A stretch of 28,836 bases of DNA from a virus. Its lineage: Duplodnaviria; Caudoviricetes. The stretch lies in IMG/VR virus record IMGVR_UViG_3300006118_000032, positions 1-28,836 of that record; one strand, 5' to 3'. A model generated the notes under the pieces. It saw only the letters and a list, made by a program, of their open reading frames with translations, made no database searches and was not told the DNA's origin. Position numbers and translations under genes: made by a program. Positions 25,589-28,836 of the stretch are shown in pieces (the first letter of the stretch is position 1; each line of letters begins with the position of its first letter).

Positions 25589-25835
25589 GCAACAACGTAA
25601 GCGTGATACTCACCACGCTATTTTGAATATGTTAATTCAACAAATAGAAGCAGTTGAAAAAATATTTGAAAACCATCAAGATAAGGTAATGTCACCCGCA
25701 AATTACAACGTATGCGCAGGATTAATTCAACAATTGAAAGCACATACATATGCAACTTTTAATGATGGCGGTAATGCATCACCAATAATTCCTGATGGTC
25801 ATAAACCTATGCAAATAAGGATTATCCATGACTGA
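25554..25835 (+). CDS. Hypothetical protein
   Basis: 93 aa, AGGAG RBS within the rusA 3' end. Confidence 0.7.
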   Translation: MKPMNLVQKWDEQQRKRDTHHAILNMLIQQIEAVEKIFENHQDKVMSPANYNVCAGLIQQLKAHTYATFNDGGNASPIIPDGHKPMQIRIIHD

Positions 25836-26163
25836 ACGTGTTATTGACCCACATGAAGCAGTAGACTTTTTGTTGCGCAACGCTAGAAAATTCAGCAAGG
25901 CTAAAGCTGAGCGTGTTTATTTGGAAGAGTTTCGCAAGTCAAAAGTCGCATTGTTGATGAAACAAAGCCATGAAAAGACGTTAGCAGGTCAAGAGCGTGA
26001 CGCATTGGCGCATCCTGAATATGCTGAGTTGCTTGAAGGCATTAAGGAATCAGTAAAGATTGAAGAAGAACTAAGGTGGCATATGGTAGCTGCGCAAGCT
26101 CGTATAGACATTTACCGTAGCCAAGAAGCCACAGCACGCATGGAAATGAAAGCTACCGTATGA
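25828..26163 (+). CDS. Hypothetical helical phage protein
   Basis: AKAERVYLEEFRKSK..LLMK...QERDALAHPEY; coupled to its neighbours. Confidence 0.75.
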   Translation: MTERVIDPHEAVDFLLRNARKFSKAKAERVYLEEFRKSKVALLMKQSHEKTLAGQERDALAHPEYAELLEGIKESVKIEEELRWHMVAAQARIDIYRSQEATARMEMKATV

Positions 26164-26459
26164 TGTACAGGAACGAAAAGCTTCTTAAAGCTGTCTGTAC
26201 ATTACCATGCATGATTTGTGGGCTAGAAGGCTCAACACAAGCGTGTCATAGCAACCAATTGCGTCACGGCAAGGGTAAGGGTATTAAAGCCCACGATTGG
26301 GCTATAGCATCGCTTTGTTTTAGATGCCATCATGAAATTGACCAAGGGAATAAGTTAACCAAAGAACAGCGTAGAGAAATGTGGGAACAGGCTCATGAGG
26401 ATACGTTAGCTATGCTGTTCGAGCGTGGTTGGTTAACAGTAGAAACTTATCCATATTGA
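26160..26459 (+). CDS. Zn-binding HNH-like nuclease (DUF1364/DUF968-like)
   Basis: LPCMICG...QACHSN...GKGKGIKAHD...LCFRCHHEIDQG. Confidence 0.75.
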   Translation: MMYRNEKLLKAVCTLPCMICGLEGSTQACHSNQLRHGKGKGIKAHDWAIASLCFRCHHEIDQGNKLTKEQRREMWEQAHEDTLAMLFERGWLTVETYPY

Positions 26460-26466
26460 GGAACAA

Positions 26467-26637
26467 ATGGAAAAATCAGAAAAAAGACTATCTGAATTAA
26501 AACGATATATGACTCAAGAAGAAGTTGCTATTGAATTAAATTTAACACGCAGTAAGGTTGATTTAATTGAACGCAATGCCTTGAGAAAGTTAAAGCATAA
26601 AATGCTTAAAAAATATAAAAAGGAAGACTTGCTATGA
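26467..26637 (+). CDS. 56-aa stand-alone sigma-70 region 4-like HTH protein (not in the ORF track)
   Basis: MTQEEVAIELNLTRSKVDLIERNALRKLK aligns with RpoD region 4.2 (TLEEVG....VTRERIRQIEAKALRKLR); GAGG RBS. Confidence 0.8.
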   Translation: MEKSEKRLSELKRYMTQEEVAIELNLTRSKVDLIERNALRKLKHKMLKKYKKEDLL

Positions 26638-26798
26638 AAACATTTGCATTAATAACATCATTATTTATTTGTGGGTGCGTCATTTTTTTAACGGAACTCG
26701 CACGCAAAGAAATAGCATATGACTGCCGTATGTTGATGGGCGGATGGCATCCCGATATACCGCAACAGGTAATCAAACAATGTAAAGGGTTAATATGA
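26634..26798 (+). CDS. 54-aa membrane-anchored protein (not in the ORF track)
   Basis: ATGA-coupled at both ends; MKTFALITSLFICGCVIFLTELARKEIAYDCRMLMGGWHPDIPQQVIKQCKGLI. Confidence 0.7.
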   Translation: MKTFALITSLFICGCVIFLTELARKEIAYDCRMLMGGWHPDIPQQVIKQCKGLI

Positions 26799-27019
26799 CA
26801 GACGAACAAATGAAAGAGTTGGCTGAATTGCGTGTAGCCATACAAGATTTAAAGTATCAGTTGATACAAAAGCATGATTTGCGTGAATTAAGTGATGCAA
26901 CAATACGAGAACTGTCAGTTGCTTTTATGTTGGTATTACGCAGAACTCCTGAAGATGAACTTTTTGAAAATGTATATGAATATTCAAAATTACTATTAAA
27001 GAAAGCGAGGGGGCAATGA
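26795..27019 (+). CDS. Accessory mosaic protein (LRELSD and LKKA modules)
   Basis: ATGA-coupled; shares modules with the downstream ORFs. Confidence 0.75.
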   Translation: MTDEQMKELAELRVAIQDLKYQLIQKHDLRELSDATIRELSVAFMLVLRRTPEDELFENVYEYSKLLLKKARGQ

Positions 27020-27768
27020 CAACAAATGAATTAGCTTATAAATTAGAAAAAGTATCAAATGATATGGAGCATAGTTATGTTGTAAATGATTGGAAATTAT
27101 TGTTTGAATCTGCTCTTGTATTACGCAAACAAGCCCAAGAAATTGAACAGTTAAAAGAACGCTTAGAAGAAACTCGTCAGTTGTATTTAAAGCAATTAGC
27201 CATCACCCATTCTGACACCCAATCACACCCAATTGAACCAGTGGCAATGCGTTATGACTTTGATGGATATGGATATAGATACATTGACTCAGGTTCAGGA
27301 AGTGATTGGCAAACAAGAAAGAAGGGTGAATTCCTTTACACCAAGCCATTCTTTAGTCAAAAACCTGTTGCCATGATGGTAAAAATTGATGGTTTTGATA
27401 AACCTGAATTTACTACAACGTGTAGTTCTGCCGCGTTAAAACATCCTAACTATACTGCATTGTATGACCATCCACCAATAACTTGGGCTGAATTAGAAGA
27501 TGGGGAGAGTATTCCTCTTTACGAACATTCTGAAGATAGAGATTCTGCTATCTACGCAACTGGCTATTGGAATGGTATTCATAAAGCTAAAGAAAAAAAT
27601 GAAACCTTAGACACAAGGTCTTACTTGATTGGTAGATATGATGGGTTGCGTGAACTAAGCGATGAGGAAATAGAAGAAGTGGCAAAACCATATTGTGATT
27701 TACAAAATTGGGTTGTTGATAAACATGAATTTGCAAGAGCAATATTAAAGAAAGCGATTGAGAAATGA
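27016..27768 (+). CDS. Accessory mosaic protein (MTTNELA, LRKQAQEIE, two PVA..LY..P modules, LRELSDEEI, FARAILKKA)
   Basis: Patchwork of short modules reminiscent of lambdoid Ea22/Eaa-type accessory proteins. Confidence 0.75.
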   Translation: MTTNELAYKLEKVSNDMEHSYVVNDWKLLFESALVLRKQAQEIEQLKERLEETRQLYLKQLAITHSDTQSHPIEPVAMRYDFDGYGYRYIDSGSGSDWQTRKKGEFLYTKPFFSQKPVAMMVKIDGFDKPEFTTTCSSAALKHPNYTALYDHPPITWAELEDGESIPLYEHSEDRDSAIYATGYWNGIHKAKEKNETLDTRSYLIGRYDGLRELSDEEIEEVAKPYCDLQNWVVDKHEFARAILKKAIEK

Positions 27769-28148
27769 GTCATTACGGCAAATGTAAACATGGCATTTAT
27801 TTAGGGGGTTGTCGTGAATGTTTTCCTTTGCCTAAATTAACAAAAGTTGGGGAAAAACTTATTCAAGAATTAGTAGAGTGTTTTAATGAGGATAAAGAAA
27901 TGACAGCAAATGAACTAGCAGATGAATTAACAAAAATGTTCAGGGGTGAGGAATATGATAGGCTTATTCACGAAATACCCGATATGCTACGCCAACAAGC
28001 CAAAGAAATAGCAATGCTTAAACAAATCATTGATGCAAACAATTTACAGTTAAATATTGGACAGTTGAAAAAAGAACTAGCACTACAAAGGCTATCTGAT
28101 TTTAGTCAAGAGATTGATGCTGAACTAAAGAAAGCGAGTGACAAATGA
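27765..28148 (+). CDS. Accessory mosaic protein (C-x-H...CxxC N-terminus fused to an MTANELA module)
   Basis: Internal in-frame ATG 27900 preceded by GAGG. Confidence 0.7.
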   Translation: MSHYGKCKHGIYLGGCRECFPLPKLTKVGEKLIQELVECFNEDKEMTANELADELTKMFRGEEYDRLIHEIPDMLRQQAKEIAMLKQIIDANNLQLNIGQLKKELALQRLSDFSQEIDAELKKASDK

Positions 28149-28423
28149 CTTTAAATGACCTAATTAACAGGCTTGAGCAAATGAACCAAAACCATACATC
28201 AATTGGTTGGGAAACACTACAATTTGTAGCACCTTTGCTACGCCAACAAGCCCAAGAAATAGAAGATTTAAAAAACGCAAATAGATTTATTCAAAACTTT
28301 GCGGAAGAACAACATCGAAGAGCCGTAGCATTAGAAGCTGAAATGGAACAATTACAAGACCGTTTAAATGAGTTTTTGGTTGCAAGAGATTTGGCAATAC
28401 TAAGAAAGGCGAGTGAGAAATGA
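28145..28423 (+). CDS. Accessory mosaic coiled-coil protein (LRQQAQEIE, ILRKASEK)
   Basis: ATGA-coupled; shared modules. Confidence 0.75.
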   Translation: MTLNDLINRLEQMNQNHTSIGWETLQFVAPLLRQQAQEIEDLKNANRFIQNFAEEQHRRAVALEAEMEQLQDRLNEFLVARDLAILRKASEK

Positions 28424-28605
28424 CGAATTACGTTTTTACACACCCACCAGCAAAAGCAGGTTGTTGGGTTATTGGTGGCGATTTAAATGTTTTTGTTTGC
28501 AAAAAACCAAATTGGTTCCATATAAAGATGACCAAGTTTTTCTTTGGTTGGGACTGGAAAGATGGTGATTTTGAAACACAATTAAGCAAAGCGAACGAAA
28601 AATGA
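28420..28605 (+). CDS. Hypothetical accessory protein
   Basis: 61 aa with KPNWFH..M..FFFGW.W; ends in the shared LSKANEK boundary. Confidence 0.7.
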   Translation: MTNYVFTHPPAKAGCWVIGGDLNVFVCKKPNWFHIKMTKFFFGWDWKDGDFETQLSKANEK

Positions 28606-28836
28606 CAGCAAATGAACTTGTGGATAAGTTAGAAAGTGTAAGTATTAGATTATTGGGTAAAGAAACTGAACACGCAGGTAGAGCTATTATCCTCTACAGA
28701 GAATCAGCTATCATGTTACGCCAACAAGAAGCAGAATTGACTGAAGCAGGACATATGATTGGTGTATTACGAGAAGAAATTAGTTTGTTGAAAGAAGAAA
28801 TAGAAGTGTTGAAACCATATAAAGAAAAGATTGAAA
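28602..28836 (+). CDS. Accessory mosaic protein, partial (runs off the window)
   Basis: MTANELVDKLES...MLRQQEAE...; frame open to the window end. Confidence 0.7.
   Translation, partial: MTANELVDKLESVSIRLLGKETEHAGRAIILYRESAIMLRQQEAELTEAGHMIGVLREEISLLKEEIEVLKPYKEKIE

Noticed and set aside
26606-26845. 79-aa minus-strand ORF filling an apparent gap
   Set aside because: The gap is explained by two coupled + strand ORFs (26467-26637 and 26634-26798) with recognisable features.
27204-27233. Short CACCCA(A)T direct repeats
   Set aside because: Only two or three short copies at a module boundary; may be a slippage scar but too short to support a claim.
1-28836. tRNA, rRNA, integrase/att site, terminase, portal or capsid genes
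   Set aside because: None recognisable in this window; intergenic gaps are too short or lack cloverleaf motifs, and head genes presumably lie outside it.

Overview
AT-rich fragment of a tailed dsDNA phage genome. The organisation is podovirus-like with a lambdoid replication module; a Gram-negative, possibly betaproteobacterial, host is inferred. The + strand (1-17.9 kb) carries an HNH-AP2 endonuclease, a lysis cluster (several small membrane proteins, 3TM holin, GH108 endolysin), a probable head-tail adaptor, a tail fibre-like protein, a nozzle-like protein and four large probable internal/ejection proteins, ending at an intrinsic terminator. The - strand (17.9-22.3 kb) is an early/recombination arm: SSB-like protein, HNH, amino-methyltransferase, PD-(D/E)XK nuclease and small DNA-binding genes. 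After a divergent control region the + strand (22.5-28.8 kb) encodes a Cro-like protein, a DUF1376 initiator with iterons, a DnaB-like helicase, RusA, a stand-alone sigma-70 region 4 protein and an array of mosaic accessory genes. Most notable observations: (1) a nested A5-B5 'matryoshka' domain array inside the nozzle protein; (2) an HNH gene that appears to have split a lysis-cluster gene, keeping its N-terminus and supplying a replacement one; (3) an RBS-occluding hairpin beside a -10 box upstream of the second HNH; (4) five consecutive gene junctions sharing a 25-nt boundary motif; (5) 40 in-register 14-aa repeats with a 6-unit super-period. All family assignments come from motif recognition by eye, not from database searches.
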